A stretch of 64,000 bases of DNA from Octopus vulgaris (lineage: Eukaryota): positions 113,026,001 to 113,090,000 of the forward strand of contig OX597817.1 of the NCBI GenBank assembly GCA_951406725.2, read 5' to 3'. Below the pieces are notes generated by a model. The model saw only the letters and a list, made by a program, of their open reading frames with translations. It ran no database searches and was not told the DNA's origin. Made by a program: the position numbers and the translations under genes. Position 1 is the stretch's first letter; each line of letters starts with the position of its first letter. This document shows, piece by piece, positions 11,840-26,886 of this stretch.

Positions 11840-14469
11840 GTAAGTTATCAGTTTACTGCAGACAACTTGTTCTATGAACAGAATTGACTTAGCACTGTAG
11901 GCCAACTATACTCTCATCAATTTTACAATGCTGCTACTACATAAATATGTTTACTTTGTTCCTACCCAGAAACTGTGTTTGTCTCTTCCCTCCTTCCTCA
12001 CATTCTCTGGGCTTTTGCCCTTTGTCTCTTGACTAATCTGTAGAAAAAGAAAATCAAAAGCAAGCTTATGGCTAAATCAATGATTATCAATTAGATATTA
12101 AAATAACTAACTTATATTTATATTTATTGAAGCTGATGATTCACTTCTCACTACAGAATGAATCACCAACTTCAAATGAATAAACCCTATATGTATTGAA
12201 TGCTCTTTCTCCTATTTGTGCATCAAAAAGTGTATGTGAGTGTTTTTAGTATAATATTTGATATATGATACCAAAAATACAACATTCAGTGCAAAATCAT
12301 GGAGTAATGTATTTATATTTGTAATGCAATATGAGTAAAAATACCAGGCTATCAAAAGTTTCATGCTAAACACTCATTCAGATCCAGTATCTCAATGTGT
12401 TTAGAAATACTATGGAAAAATTTATGTATAAATGCTTCTGTTAAGGTGATAAACTCTTAATAGATGTGAGTTATGCCTCCTTCATTGACTCAAATGTTAT
12501 TTTGGAGATGTTGGTGGTGAGGTGGGTGTATATTGTTGAAAATTGAGGAAGAACAAATATGTTATGTAGAATTAAGGAAAGATTGATATATCATCAATAT
12601 TGGAGGAAGAACATAATGGGGAAGGGAAAGGTGAATGTGAGGAGAAAAAATTAAGGCTGAAAAAGAGGAAAGATAGAAGAGACATAGTAGAGTCAAGATG
12701 AAAAAATCTTAATATGAAGCAATTTCACATGTCTGTGCATATGTGTGAATTTTGTCTCATGATGAGGTTTTCTAATTTTATAACAGGTGCTTTTTAAAAA
12801 TATCTCTGATCTATTACTTACATAAGTCTTGACTCCATGGGGGGTTTAAAATTTTTTTTCTCTTCTCTGTTTCATACGAACTACATTTTACTTGCTTCCA
12901 TTTTTGTATGGAAATTGGAAATGTTTATTCAAATTCTTTTTTCATAATATTTCTAAACATATATAGACATGAAGTCTGAATAAAAGGTTCAGCGTAAAAT
13001 CTTTGGCAGCCAGTATTTTTACACAGAGATATATATATATATATATACATACAAAGCAAAGGAAAAAAGTTTGAAAATAAGAAATTGCTCATGAAAGGGT
13101 CAACTTGTAGTTTTATCAGTATGTAAGCATATTGTCAGTGAGAGGTACCAAATTATCTTGTTGTTAACATCTTCTTGGTGGGATGCTACATAGTGTTGTT
13201 AGTGCCGTGATTTTCCACAAAGCATACATTTTCAAATATGATATTTTACTCCTGTTAAATCAAACATTCTACTCCCCTTTGCAATGCTATTTGGAATTTT
13301 ATTTATTCATTTTTTTTTTAAACATGAAATGATAAATATTATTTAGAACAGAAGTAGGCAAAAAAATAACTTTGAAGAAACCGAATCATCAACAGCATCT
13401 CTGTCACTGCAACCTCCTCCTTATCCCTTCAACATATTGACAAGCACAAAAAGAAAAAGAAGCAGAATCAAGAAGGAAAAGAAGATAAACTTGCGGAAGC
13501 AGAAGTGGGGGAAGTGAGAGAAGGGGGAACAAGACTTTAATTTTAAATATTTATAGTTGTATTGCTTAATAGTGAACAGTTCAGTTCATGTCTACAAGTA
13601 TATCATCACATGTAGGAGAAATGCTGCATATTTTGTTTTCTGATTCCTTGTTTACAAATACTTCTTAGCATCAATGAATTCATTGATATGTTGGCCAGAC
13701 TAGTTTGTTTATTACTGTGGAAAGAACAGTAGCAGAATGAGTAGAAAATCAGACTATGTATTATTTTTACTTTGAACCATCTGTGGTTTGAGTTCAAATC
13801 CAATCAAAGTCACTTTCATTCATTTCTCCAGAGTGGTGTATTGCATTAATCTAATCAACTATTCATCTTCATGAAATTTTGTAGTCTTTATCTATTCCAC
13901 AAATCCTTACTATGACAAAAGTAGGTTTAATATCTGTTGTGTGTTGATCAGGTCTTCAACTACTTCTTGTGAATCAAGAGCTTGAATATGCTGCATGAGC
14001 CAAACATTTGACTTGAAAACAAAGCATTACTTCATTTCACGCAGTTGTTGAAAACAAGTACCAATTCATCTGATAATCTTAGCTATGACTGGTTGATGTC
14101 CTCTCCATTGAGAGAATTATTTCTCATTCATATTTTGCTATGAAACTATACCTAAGCATTGACACTTAGAGTCCCTCTTTTATCTAAGGCAATATCGAAA
14201 TTTACTCACATTATTTATAGACGTATTTATATTTTACAATTTTATATCACAATTGGTGAACAATAGCATCATCGATGCTTGCATATTTCCAGGAAGCTAA
14301 TTACTTGGTTCATTGTATGTCTCATGGTGAAAGTGACAAAGAATGTCTGTGACTCAATGTCTCAATGTAGAAGAAATTTTGCAACAGACTCCATTTAAAA
14401 AAGACTGGTTTTTACAGTTTTCTTGACAATGGTTATACACTTTGCTAAAAACATTGAATGACATGCAAA

Positions 14470-14551
14470 TACACACACACACACACTATATATGTCTGTG
14501 TGTGTGTGTGTACATATATATGTGTATGTGTGTGTATATATATATATATAT

Positions 14552-14640
<89 letters not shown>
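14470..14640. repeat. Compound microsatellite (CA)/(TG)/(TA)n/(TAGA)n
   Basis: Directly visible. Confidence 0.95.
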
Positions 14641-16682
14641 CTGCACAGTTTTCATCCACTAACTTCAATTCACAAGCTTATAGTCAACCTGGTTTTGTGG
14701 TAAAATAATGCTTGCACAAGATTTCAGGCAAAGAGATCAGACTTGACTGCTTTAACACACACAGCCATGCTTGTGTCAATATGTTCATCACTTAAATTAA
14801 TTGAACTTTCTGTTTTGCACAGCATTTTTTTCTTGTACCTTCAGCTCATATAAAGTTTACTGCATTCTTCCACTAGCTGAGAAATAGCAAAATTTAAATG
14901 AAAAATAATCTACTAATCACAACCTTATTTTATAACTTCTACTTTCTGTACCATTAGCACTATGAAATCAAACTGCAGACCTAATAATAAAAAAAACCAC
15001 CCTCAGTTCTAGAATTTCTATATCTTATCAAGCTGAACAACCAACCATATATTACGGATATTTTATTGTTCAGAATTTTTCTGTTTCCCAAACTTTCTTA
15101 GTACTTGTACAACAATAGCTTAGTTTTAATAGTTTAACATATAAAGAATGGAATCTGAAACAGGTGCTGGTTTGTGTTGGCCAAAATTTGACAGTGATGT
15201 TCATAAATTTGGGTAAGTTTGTTTGGTATGGAGAGAAAAGGAATCTGATGTTCCAATGCTGTCTCTTTCTCTGAAAGGAAAGAAATTTCGAAATTTTTCA
15301 GTTGAAATGTCACATTTCTTTTTTCCCCCACAGCATACAAACTTATCCAAATTCATGAACTTCTTTTTCTAATAGTTTAGACTGACAATACAAATCTTAT
15401 AGATCTGAATAACTAGTCGGGTGGGGATGTGTTATAGGCTATATTTGTATATATATCTTATGAAGTTGAGTAGTTAATTGGGCGCACAATTGAATATCTA
15501 TTTATCATACTCTGATAGTTGAATTGAGATGTGTGTGTGTGTGTGTGGAGAGAGAGAGAGAGAGAGAGAGAAAGGGAGAGAGAATTTCTAACAATTTAGC
15601 AACCAGCAATCAGTTACATATTGATGTCTATTATGTGCTATTGACTTAGTTTTTTTCCATACCCTTGGCAGCTGAGCAGTTAACTATTTATTGGTAAGTT
15701 TATTGATCTTCTATTGGATTTATACTGGCTTAGATATTTAACCAGCCCATGCACTATTTGAAAAGAAAGTTGGAAATTGATTATTAGCTGTTTGGAGGAA
15801 TGTTATTTTCAGCTGACAGAAACTGTGCGGCATATTAAATCAATGGAAACATATTTAATGCTAACAATTACATTTATATTTGTTTCTTGGCTCACTTGGT
15901 GAAATAAGTTCTGTGGAAATTTGGTGGTTATTTTTCTCTTCCTTTACTATTTATCTTGTTTTTGTTTGTTTTTTCTTTCATAACTTTTTCTTTGTTTTAT
16001 GTATTTGACAATTTACTGAATGAAAATTTCCAGTTATCAAGTAATTATGTTGACAATGTAAATTTGTGTATAATTGTCTTATCAACGTATTCCCCTAGTA
16101 ACTTGGCAATGTAGATTGAAAGTGCAGATGGCTGGATCATTCATGTACCAGACAGCTTATTGAGAGGTCAACAGTTCTAATCTTGTCACTAAAACTAGCC
16201 CATTAAGTGATTGTGTTCGAAACCAATGCAGTTCACACAGTATGGACTGTATTTGTTTCATACACAATTGCTTAATGGGCAAGTCAACCTTGCTATAAGC
16301 AGGTACTGCAAAGTGAAATAATTCACTGTTGTAAATAGCAGTACTGAGATCAGCTTCTATTGTGAGAAAAATTACCTGTTATAGATTTATCTTTCATATG
16401 CTGAGCACTGCAGTAACAGCCCAGCACATTGTAGATATCTGAGGTGACTGCATTGACAAAACTGGGATTTCTTTCTTAATTCCAAGACATAAATATGACC
16501 TTCTAAAGAACCACCATAGGCAGTGAATTGGCTGAATTCTTAGATCATCTGACAGAGTACTTTGAGGTATTTGGTCCTGTCTCTTTACATTCTGAATTCC
16601 AAACCCACTGAGATCAACTTCACTTTTCATCCTTCCAGAGTTAGTAAAATAAAGTAACTTACAAGTACTGAGGACAAATTAA

Positions 16683-16895
16683 CCCTTTGGCATTCCAATT
16701 AAGTTATCAAATGTAATGTTTATTTATCCACATTTTAAAAATTAATCATGTAGAATCTTATTGCTTCAAGATTTTGAAAATGTTATTGTTTATGTTTAGA
16801 ATGACATTGTAGGTAGGTGCAAAGGCAGGGCCTGGTTTCAACACAAAACAAATAGAATATTTGGGCCAGATATGGTCAGTTTAAATGCTAAAGGG
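16683..16895. mobile_element. TTAA-flanked MITE (piggyBac-like; Helentron-type non-autonomous element not excluded)
   Basis: TTAA|CCCTTTGGCATT ... AATGCTAAAGGG|TTAA. The body is homologous in reverse orientation to 25537-26085. Confidence 0.8.
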
Positions 16896-18545
16896 TTAAA
16901 CCTCTGGTAATGGTATCTCCTATGCTTTTTCAAGATAGAAACTATTGCTGAGAGTCTGAAATAAATCATCTTAGTGCTTCAAGGGTAGATTAGGATATGC
17001 ACCCCAGCTTCATAATATTCCTGTGAAGATCAGTGACCTCCAGGGGTTATTAGCTTTGAAAGCCATTGTGTCTAGCATACATGGACAGAAGCTGAAGAAG
17101 GAAGTGGAAGAAAAGAACTACATGAACTACTACTATTACTACTATTTAATAGCATCCTTAGCAAAGTTATTTAACTTGTAATTTTTGTCTCAGCAGACTT
17201 CAAAAGCTTGTCTGGTAAAGTGACTTAAAGTGAGAACCAGGAATCCTGAAAGTTTTAAGGAAAGACAGGTGGAGCCTGCTACTCTTTATATTTGCTTAGT
17301 CATTGGTAGGATTTGTGAAGCAAAGGACTTCAACTAAAATTCAAAATTGGTTTTCAGCTATACCAGGAATAGTAACAACAACAACAGCAACAATAGTAAT
17401 TGATGAGAAGTGATATATTTGAGAATGACAAGTAACAATAGTACAAACTTTGTGTAAACAAACATCCCTTATACTGAATACATAACAACAATTACAACTT
17501 CTAGTAACAGCAGCAAGCAACAGCAGCTGTTTTCTATACATACACTAGCCCTAGCTATTGAGAAATACAACTTTCCAGTTTCTCTAAGTTAAGATGCATC
17601 TAACATGAAATTAAAACAAAATTTGAAACTATATTTATGCCATTGTTCTTTGTCTGTAAAAGTTACCTACTTTCAAAATGTGTTACTGGTAGGGTAGATT
17701 GCTGTGAGTCATAGATTACAGGTATTACCAACTGAACTCTTTATTATTTATAAATAGTAGAGATACATCAAAAGTCATAGAAAATTCCACATAGGGACTA
17801 CATTTTTTCACTACCTAGAATCATGAAGACACTGCCAATGGACTCAATGTTACAATAAATTGTCTTAATCTTATTTATTTGAAGGAGAATCATGTTTTAC
17901 TTTTGCTGGTAGACATTTGAATTATCAGTAATGTAAATGCATTCTTTTACTCTTTTACTAAGTTAAGTCTTTGGACTGTGATTTTCAGAAAATTATATGT
18001 CTCCTCCAATATTTAGCTACTTATGTTACCATAATAATGACAACAAAAGGCAAAACTGACTTGACTAGAAAAAGACATGTCAGTGATGGAAGCCAAATGC
18101 AACAAGATGTTTTACTTTGAAACATCAACTCAGCCAGCTCTTCCTGATACACACATGCAAATGCATGTACATATATGTGTGTATGTGTATATACATCCAA
18201 CAGGCTTGCACAATGTTTTCATCTACCAAATTTTATTTACAAATCTTTTGTTGATCCAAAGTTATTTACCAAAGGTTCTTTTTAACAGGATCAAATCTAA
18301 AATTATACAATTACAAAGCTAGACATCAGATATAAACATAACTCAATAAACACAATAAAAGTAGAAATATCAATGAAAAAAAGATAAATTTAGAAATTGT
18401 AGCTTAATTATCTCCATGTTATTGACTTTGGATTATGCTTGAAGTCCCAAATGTTTCGTACCCAAATTTAAACATTCCAGACTCTTTCTTGTTTCAGTCA
18501 TTGAACTGTGACCATTGCTGGGGTACCACCTTACAACCTCAACAC

Positions 18546-18700
18546 TTCATCATCTTCATCATCATCATCATCATCGTTTAACGTCTGCTTTCCATGCTAG
18601 CATGAGTTGGACAACTTGACTGAGGACTGGCGAACCAGATGGCTGCACCAGGCTCCAATCTTGATCTGGCAGAGTTTCTACAGCTGGATGCTCTTCCTAA
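18546..18700 (-). mobile_element. RTE-tail SINE/LINE 3' fragment ending in (GAT)n
   Basis: (CAT)n-cgtttaacgtctgctttccatgctagcatg...ttggac, the same tail as 39705-39800 and 49653-49840. Confidence 0.85.
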
Positions 18701-18721
18701 CACACACACACATATATATAT

Positions 18722-18775
<54 letters not shown>

Positions 18776-19629
18776 TGTCTATCTACTTAAGCCTCTCACA
18801 AGGTATTGACCTGGGACTGCAGCAGAAGTCACTTGCCCAAGGTGCTGCACTGTAGGACTGAACCTGAAACCATCTGTAGTTGCAAAGAAGACTTCTCAAC
18901 CACTCAGTTATTCCTGTACCATGTTTAGTTACAGTAATTAATTAAAAGTACACAAGTTTTTGACACACACACACACATATATATATACCTCTTTTGCCTG
19001 AAAGAATGACAGATTAAGTTGACCTTGGCAGAATTTGAACTCAGAATGTAAAGATGGACAAAATACTGCTAAACATTCTGCCTGGCATGCTAACAACTCT
19101 ACCAGCTTGCCACCTTATTATTTTGGTTTAATATTAATGACATTTTACACCTGACTGATTTATTTTCATTTATGTGTCTGACAATGACCATCAGTGTGTC
19201 ACTGTGTGTATATGTGCATGCATGTATGTGTGTGTGTTTGGTTAGATAAATTCTGTATAGCTATCTATCAATTAATGAAATGTTAGTTGTACAAAAATCA
19301 TGCTTTCTTTTTTGTTTTTTTAATATTTAGTGAAGAAATAGTCTGAAAGATTTTCATTTCATATTGTATTTTTAATTTTCTTTTCATATATCTCTAATTC
19401 TTATGCTTCCATTTCTTCTTCATTCACTTGTTTGTTAATCTAAATGAATGTGCACTCAAGCTGTTCAATAAACTTAAAGTGTAAGCTACTGAATATTCTA
19501 CACACATATATATATATATATTTGTAGGCAGAATTAATATGACTTATTGTGCCAAGGTAAGGCCTACATATCACAGTTATAGTCCATCTAACAGGCTTCT
19601 ACACAATTTCCACCTTCTAAATTTTACTC

Positions 19630-19850
19630 TTAGTCCTTTCTATCGTTATTGCCACAGGAAGTGCTCTGATGAACTTTCTCTCTTTAGCTCCAGATCACAC
19701 TCTGTGCCATCTCACTAGTTTGAAGTTCACATTGTCTTCTTCCTAATGCTGTTGTGCTTCCACGAATAAGGAAGTCTTTCTACACTCTCTTCCATCTCAT
19801 TGTTTTCCTCATTCTTATGACCTGAACTCTTTCAAGTCTAAAGTAACTTC
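19630..19850 (+). mobile_element. Old LINE 3' end (Ingi/Jockey/CR1-group-like)
   Basis: Translates as FYRYCHRKCSDELS ... SLPSHCFPHSYDLNSFKSKV, the typical FYRYxxGxCSxEL...NSLPxxxFPxxYxLxxFKxxV ORF2 C-terminus. Confidence 0.7.
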
Positions 19851-20182
19851 ATTCCCTTCATCTTAATTTCTCCTTCTTTATAATCCCTTACACTAAGGTG
19901 TTTCTTATTCTGTTCGGAACTCTCTTTTTTTAAAAAAAAGGGTTACATTGGCCTGATGCTATGAAAGTAAATACTTTCCCAAAATACAAACAAGGATCTT
20001 TGTGATTGCAAAGTGAACTTCTTAAACACATATCTCTTTTTTTTTTTTTTTTCATTTTTTAAGAAACATTTCATCCTGCTTCTTATAGCTTCTATAAATT
20101 AGGGTTTTAAATGGTTAATATTCTAAATTTATGTCTTTTGATACAATTAATTGGCTACTCATATTCTGAAATTCATTTAGCC

Positions 20183-20576
20183 GTAGGCACAGGTATGGCT
20201 GTGTGGTTAAGAAGCTTTGTTTTGCAACCATGTGGCTACAGGTTTGGTCCCTGGCATGGCACCTTAGGCAAGTATCTTTTACTAAAGACCCAGACTGACT
20301 TATGCTTTGTCAGTGAAGTTGGTAGACAGAACCAGTTTGAAAACCCATCGTGTGTGTGTGTGTCTGTTTGCTTCTTTTTGTCCACCTCCACCAAAACTTA
20401 ATCAACGTTGGTTTGTTTATATCACCATAATTTAGCAACTTGGCAAAAGAGACCAATAGAATAAGTACCAGGCTTACAAAAAAATACTGAGGTCCATTTG
20501 TTCAGCTAAACTCTTCAAGGTAGTGCCCCAGCATGGCTACAGTCCAATGAATAAGATGTGTGAAAGATAAAAGATA
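20183..20576 (+). mobile_element. Full composite tRNA-derived SINE (head, (TG)n, tail module); similar heads at ~21805-21955, 28215-28370, 39553-39705, 50430-50580 (+) and ~1137-1290, 14640-14775, 18780-18920, 24228-24355, 43436-43590, 57825-57985 (-)
   Basis: TGGCTGTGTGGTTAAG A-box-like start, GGTT...CC B-box remnant, then CCTT(A/G)GGCAAGT CORE-like block, (TG)n spacer and the shared tail. Confidence 0.85.
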
Positions 20577-22579
20577 ACAATATCATTAAGACAACAAACT
20601 TATTGGTTAAGTTAACTTTTAAGAGTTCACTCTTGATGTTATCTTAAGAGTGAGGAGACAAAAAGGAAATGTGTTCATGAAGAAACATTTTAGTTAATCA
20701 TGAGAAATTATGGGGATGCCTTGAAATCAAAGAACTTTAGGCACATTCTTCATTAAACATTAGAAACAAAATCATTAATTTAAAGTGTTTTTGCATGACT
20801 AACATTTTGTTAGTCAATGAATATAGAATGCTTGTACAATATTTATTTGATGAAAGATATATTTTGATAAATATTGTTAGACAGTATCTATAAAAATAAC
20901 TCATTCAAGTGTGAACTGTTGTCTTCAGTATGAAACTGAAATATAAACTAATATTTTAAACAATGTGAAACTTATTGCAATGTATTAAAATCCTAAAACC
21001 AAAGTGCCACATAAAAAACATTGATTTTTGTGCAAGTTCTACATAAAAAGCACCCAGTACCCTCTGTAAAGTGGTTGTTGTTAGGGAGAGCATCCAACTG
21101 TAGAAACCAAGCCAAAACAGACTATATGGAACCTGATGCAGCCCTGGCCTTGCCAGTTCTTGTCAAGCCATCCAAGACGTGCTCCAACATGGCTGCAGTC
21201 AAATGACTGAAACAAGTAAATGATAAAAGATATAATTTTATTTATATCTTTGTTATTTGAGTGTGTGGTATTTATTCCAGTTCTCTGCATTCCAGGTTTG
21301 ACTCCTATTTTCATCCTTTCAGGATCAATAAAATGAAATAGCAATCCTGGGCAGTGGAATGGTGAATTTGTTAGCGTTGGCTCAGACGCTTTATGGTATT
21401 TGTTCCAGCTCTTTGTGTTCTGAGTTCTTGGGTGGTAGACTTAAAACCACCTGGTCCTTAGGTGCCTTTAGCAAAGTTCACTGTTTCAAAGGATTCAGGC
21501 TAATATATGATTTGAAGATAATTTCCTCCCTTTCTTCAACAAGTCTTGGAAGCACTGAAAAAACTCAAATGTCTTGGATGCTACCTTTCCTCCTCCATGA
21601 CTAAACAGTGAAAAATAAATTTAACTAATGGATATAACAACCCTAATTGCAATGCATAATGAACCAAAAATATTCCACATCTAATGAATCCTCAAAATAT
21701 CCCTACCCTTTTTTTTAATCTGTGACTGTACAAACTGTTGATTGCTGCAGTGCATGTGATATTTTGCTCAAAGTATTTAATATCTTTTTTGTTTCATTTG
21801 CCATACAGACATGATTGTATAGTAAGAAGCTTGCTTCCCCATCACATAGTTCTGAGTTCATTACCACTGTGTGGCATCTTGGGCATGTGTCATTTGCTAC
21901 AGCTCTGGGACAACCAAATCCTTGAGATTGGATTTGCTAAATGGAAACTGAAAGAAGTGAGTTTCCATATTTTTATGTCTGGATTTTGTTTGAGGTCCCA
22001 AATGTTCATGTTGAAATTTTAATGTTTTAGACCGTTTTTTATTTTTTATTTGCTTCATTCATTGGACTGCAACCATGCCAGGATTTAGTTAAACCTTGAA
22101 TGGTTTAAAGTCTGGTATTATCAGTGTATTTCATTGAACCACTATGTTGTGTGTGGGTGTGTGTATGTGTGTGTGTGTGTATGTGTTTCCTTATTTTGGC
22201 ATCACAAGATAGTTGTAAATAATTGTCACTGTCATACAAGCAGTGTCATTCATTTCCAGTATCTCATGAGAAAATGTCTGGCCATAGGGAAATATTATCT
22301 TGCTTAGGAACAGGTGAGAGTTGGTTACAGGAAGAATATCTGGTGGTAGAAAATCTTCCTCAAAGAAACTTCATCTAACCCATGCAAGTATGGAATGGAT
22401 GACATTAAAATGATGATGATGATAGTTGTATTACCTACATTAAATTGCCTTTTACTTACTCTCTTCCCACATGACAGTGAGAAAGAGATTTATTTATCTG
22501 ATAGATGGCTCCTTCTATCAGCTAATATCCAAGACTTAGGAAATGAGTTTGGCTTCTAAAATACAATAAAAAAAAATAC

Positions 22580-22750
22580 TGCTTCTCTTCGCTCTCTTCA
22601 TTCTCTTACTTTCTCTTTCTCTTCATGTTGCTCTGTCTCTTCCTTTCCTTCTCTCTCATCTCTTCTCTCTTCCTTTTCTTTGTCTCTCCCTCTCCTCTCT
22701 TCCTTTTATTTTCCTATCACTGTCTTTCCTTCTCCCTTTCTCTTTGTTTC
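22580..22750. repeat. Polypyrimidine low-complexity tract
   Basis: Almost only C and T over ~170 bp. Confidence 0.9.
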
Positions 22751-23869
22751 ACATGAAAACACACTCTCACTCTCACATAATATTTCTTATACTTAAAAAA
22801 AAATATATTGAAGAGTACCAATTAAGAATCATTTCCAGTTTAGATGTATGTCTCCGTTTTCTTTTTATTCATGTGTGATGATATTTCCATTTTAAGATAT
22901 CTTCAGATATATTAATTCCATTATATTCACTTACTTTATTCTTGGAGTTGAAGCTGTTAGTCAATTTTTTTTCTGATTATAAATTAGGTGAATTGACTTT
23001 ATTTGCATTTAATATCATTAACTTTGTGCAGAAAATCATATTTAACTTTGCCTCTTTTTACTTGGATACAAATTATTTTGATTAAAAAGGAATTATTTTG
23101 ATTAAAAAATGATTATTCTTTCACCAATTAATATCTTTTCTACATATAAATCCCACACACTTGATTACTGCTTCAGTTTCATTAGGAATTTGATAAATTA
23201 ATTTTATCAAGCTCTTCTTTTAGTTTTTGGGTATATTAACACAGTTTTTGACCAGTCTTTTACTAACTAACATGGTTCAGTAACCACTTCAAAAGATGCT
23301 GTCTTTAAAACTTTGGCATTGCTTCTTTCTTTCATCCTCCCCACCTCTCACTCTCTCTCTCTCTGTACTTTTTCTAACTCCACTAAAGAAATCTGATCTT
23401 AAAGTGTGGGTCAAAAAACCTTATATCTCTTACGTGTTTCAGTCATTGGACTGCAGCCATGCTGGGACACAGCCTTGGAAATGAATGACACCACTTGTAT
23501 GACAGTGTCACACATTTACAACAAATAACACAATGTCAAGACAAGGAGAGGAGATACAAACACTCACATGTACACATGTGCACACATACACACACACACA
23601 CACACATACACACACATACACACACACATACACACACACACACATACACACGCACAATCCAAATGGAGCAACTTTAGTTGCTAACTGTGAGCCATGTAGA
23701 AACTATCAGTTTATCAAATTTCTTTGAAAATGTGTGTAACTCTGGATGCCAATAAATTATTATTGCATGTTATCATGTACAATCTATTTTTTGTTCTCTA
23801 TACCTGCCAGTTGTGCTTACCAACTTCCTACACTCAGATCTACATATATATATATATGTGTGTGTGTGT

Positions 23870-24180
23870 GGAGGCGCAATGGCCCAGTGGTTAGGGCAGT
23901 GGACTCGCTGTCGTAGGATCGTGGTTTCGATTCCCAGACCGGGTGTTGTGAGTGTTTATTGAGCAAAAATACCCAAAGCTCCACGATGCTCTGGCAGAGA
24001 ATGGTGGCGTCCCCTGCTGTACTCTTTCACCACAACTTTCTCTCACTCTTTCTTCTGTAGGCCTGTTTGCTTAGCCAGCGGGGTGGCATCATTTGAAGGC
24101 TAAAACAATGCGAAGCGCATTGTGACCAGTGATGTGTAGCAACATCTGATAGCCTGGTCGGTCACAGTGATCACGGTGAT
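23870..24180 (+). mobile_element. Relatively young tRNA(Arg)-like-headed SINE inserted in a microsatellite
   Basis: TGGCCCAGTGG A box, ACTCGC anticodon-like loop, GTTTCGATTCC B box, retained CpGs, and a tandem tail tcacagtgatcacggtgat. Confidence 0.85.
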
Positions 24181-25536
24181 ATATATATATCATCATATAT
24201 ATGTATATGTAAACACACAGACACATACAACAAGCTTCTTCCAGTTTCCATCTACCAAATACACTCACATAGATCTGGTTGGCCCTGGGCTATAGTAGAG
24301 GATGCTTACCCAAGGTACAATGCAGTGGAACTGAACCCAGCCATGCCTGTGCCTACATTTATTTTTTTATTCAAAGAATGTTAACTAGATTCTTTTTAAT
24401 ATAAACTCATTTAACCCATTGTGGTTTTCTTGAATTTATTGTCTTTCTTCCTCACAGAGAAAACATTAAAAGAAAGTGAAATAGAAAATTTGTGTCTGAT
24501 TAGTGCAGACATAAGGTAAAATGGCACATAACTGTACCCTTTACACATAAATACAGTAAAATAAATTTTAAAATGTGATAGACCTGTATCTGAAGTGTGT
24601 TGACACAATAATGATATTCATTATAGTCCAAAATTAGTTTTTACTCAGCCACATTAATATTTTATTTAAGTGAAATTTGTTAAAATCTTATAAACTCAGA
24701 GTAGTTGCAACCATAGAAATAGGAAGAAAACTCAGAAGTTGAAAGCAAGGTGATATTTACAATTACCAATAAAGAACATGATACAGCAAACCCTGGTACA
24801 GATATTATATTCTATCTGCTGTTATGTAGTCAATTCTCAGCTCATTTTTCATGCTAGTGGGAGTGGGGCTGGAACGACTTCGTAAATATCACAGTTTTTT
24901 CATTTTTTTTTTTATTCCTTAACTTAAGGATTTTGTATCTAATAGAACAATTTTAGTTTTCTGTTTGTTATGAATGTGTCTCTTAAAATATACTAGAATT
25001 TTTTTCATTTACTTTTCATTATTAAAAATATTTTTTTTAAATCTCAACAGAGATATACAAATTTGCACAAAATAGAATTATTCTTTGAATCACATACGTA
25101 TTAGTCACAACACTTTTTACCAAGAAACAAAAATTACAAGCCTTTAGAAACTTCCTCCCTGCCTATTACTTCCCACCAATTACAAATCTGCCGCTATTTC
25201 AAAACAAATCCTCCCTGTATTCACCCCACCCAGTTATTATCCTCTAATGAAGAGTGTGAATAAAAGCTGTGTTTGCTTGTCATTAACTAACATATAAATT
25301 ACCATTCATCTAGTTAATTGCTGAATGTTCCACTCCCTCCCTGGTAATCTTATAGGCCTACAAAATCAAGTAAATTCTCAAATGAGATGCAGTCTGCCTT
25401 GTCATATGATATCAATCAATAATATTTGAGATGAGAAATATGTGACTAGACCAGAAAGACTATATCCAACAGGTTGGATCTTCAGGCCATTTCTGTGTAT
25501 TTAACTGGTTATTCCCATGCCACAGAGTTTGATTAA

Positions 25537-26085
25537 CCCTTTAACATTTGAGCCAGCTATGACCAGCAGCCCAAATATTCTACCTGTTTTATGTTCAAAC
25601 TGACCAGATCCAGCTTCTCACATCCACTCTATAATGTCAATATAAAAATAAACAATTCCATCATGGAAATCTCAAAGCTCCAAGATAACGCATGATTAAT
25701 TAAAAACAATCATCATCATCATCATCATTTAACGTCTGTTTTCCATGCTGGCATGGGTTAGACAGTTCGAGTGGAGATGGTAAGCCGGAAAGCTGCTCCT
25801 GTCTCCACAGAGTATACTGGGTGTCTCTTACATGTCACGAGCATGGGTGCCTTTTATGCATCACCAACATGAGTGCCTTTTACATGTTACCTGCATGGGT
25901 GCCTTATATGTGTCACTGGCGTAGGTGTCTTATGCATGCCACCAGCATGGATGCCTTTTACCTGTTACCAGCACAGGTGCTGTTTATGTCTCACTAACAC
26001 CAGTGCCTTTCATGTATTACTGGCACTGGCCACAACCATAATTTCATTTAGCTTGTTGTGTTCTCTCAATCTGAATGCTAAAGGG
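25537..26085. mobile_element. TTAA-flanked MITE (same family as 16683-16895) carrying a nested RTE 3' fragment at ~25708-26070 (-)
   Basis: TTAA|CCCTTTAACATTT ... AATGCTAAAGGG|TTAA. The insert starts with (CAT)n-tttaacgtctgttttccatgctggcatggg and has the RTE 3'UTR tandem units. Confidence 0.8.
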
Positions 26086-26833
26086 TTAAAAACGCTGTTC
26101 TAGGTCAACCATTCTTCATCCACCTATCTTCAGGGAAACTGTGATTACAACAGTCACTACTAGAATTTATTCCAGAAATAAAATTCATAGAATAAGTTTA
26201 TGTGCCATACTTAAGGTGAATTCTTTCTGACTGTTTTTTGAGATCATATCCTGTCATACCTGAATTTACTTTTCGAGATTGGTGAAAAAATAGTACCAAT
26301 AATGCAGTGGACATGTATTGTTTACCTATGCAATGCACTTCAAGCGCATCTTTCTTTCTATCTTTCTAATTACTTTCAAGCTGAATAAGCAAGCAAGCAT
26401 GGAAAGAGCAGGTTCCTTTATAGTCTTAGTGAAAGTATTAATAACAGAGTATAGTTTAAAAAAAAAAAGAGTAATCATTATCATCAACAATATTATGTAG
26501 TAAAATATGATGGCAACCTGGCAGAATTGTTAGCATGCCAGGTAAAATGTTCAATGGCATTTCATCCATCTTCGCATTCTAAGTTCAAATTCTGCTGAGG
26601 TTGACATTGTTTTCATCCTTTCAGGACCGATAAAATAAGTTTGACAATGGGGTTGATGTAATTGATTTACCCTTCCCCAGAACTTACTGGCCTTGTGCTA
26701 AAATTTAAAACCAGTATTATGTAATTAAAATTATGATAATAATAATGATGATGCTGCAAGTATGCAGAAAAATGAATATAAAAAATGAGCAAACTTATTG
26801 CATTTATAACAGCTATGTTTCACTCTTTTGTTT

Positions 26834-26886
<53 letters not shown>

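Noticed and set aside
14395-14668. YIYI/THTH/CVCV ORFs (also ~18600, 23500, 36710-37121, 43300, 52300-53200, 54030)
   Set aside because: These are translations of microsatellites.
23071-23117. 20 bp tandem duplication aattattttgattaaaaa
   Set aside because: Ordinary slippage duplication in AT-rich DNA.
23870-23945. tRNA gene (also 47083-47155 and 37030-37104)
   Set aside because: There is no complete acceptor stem, and each continues into a SINE body.
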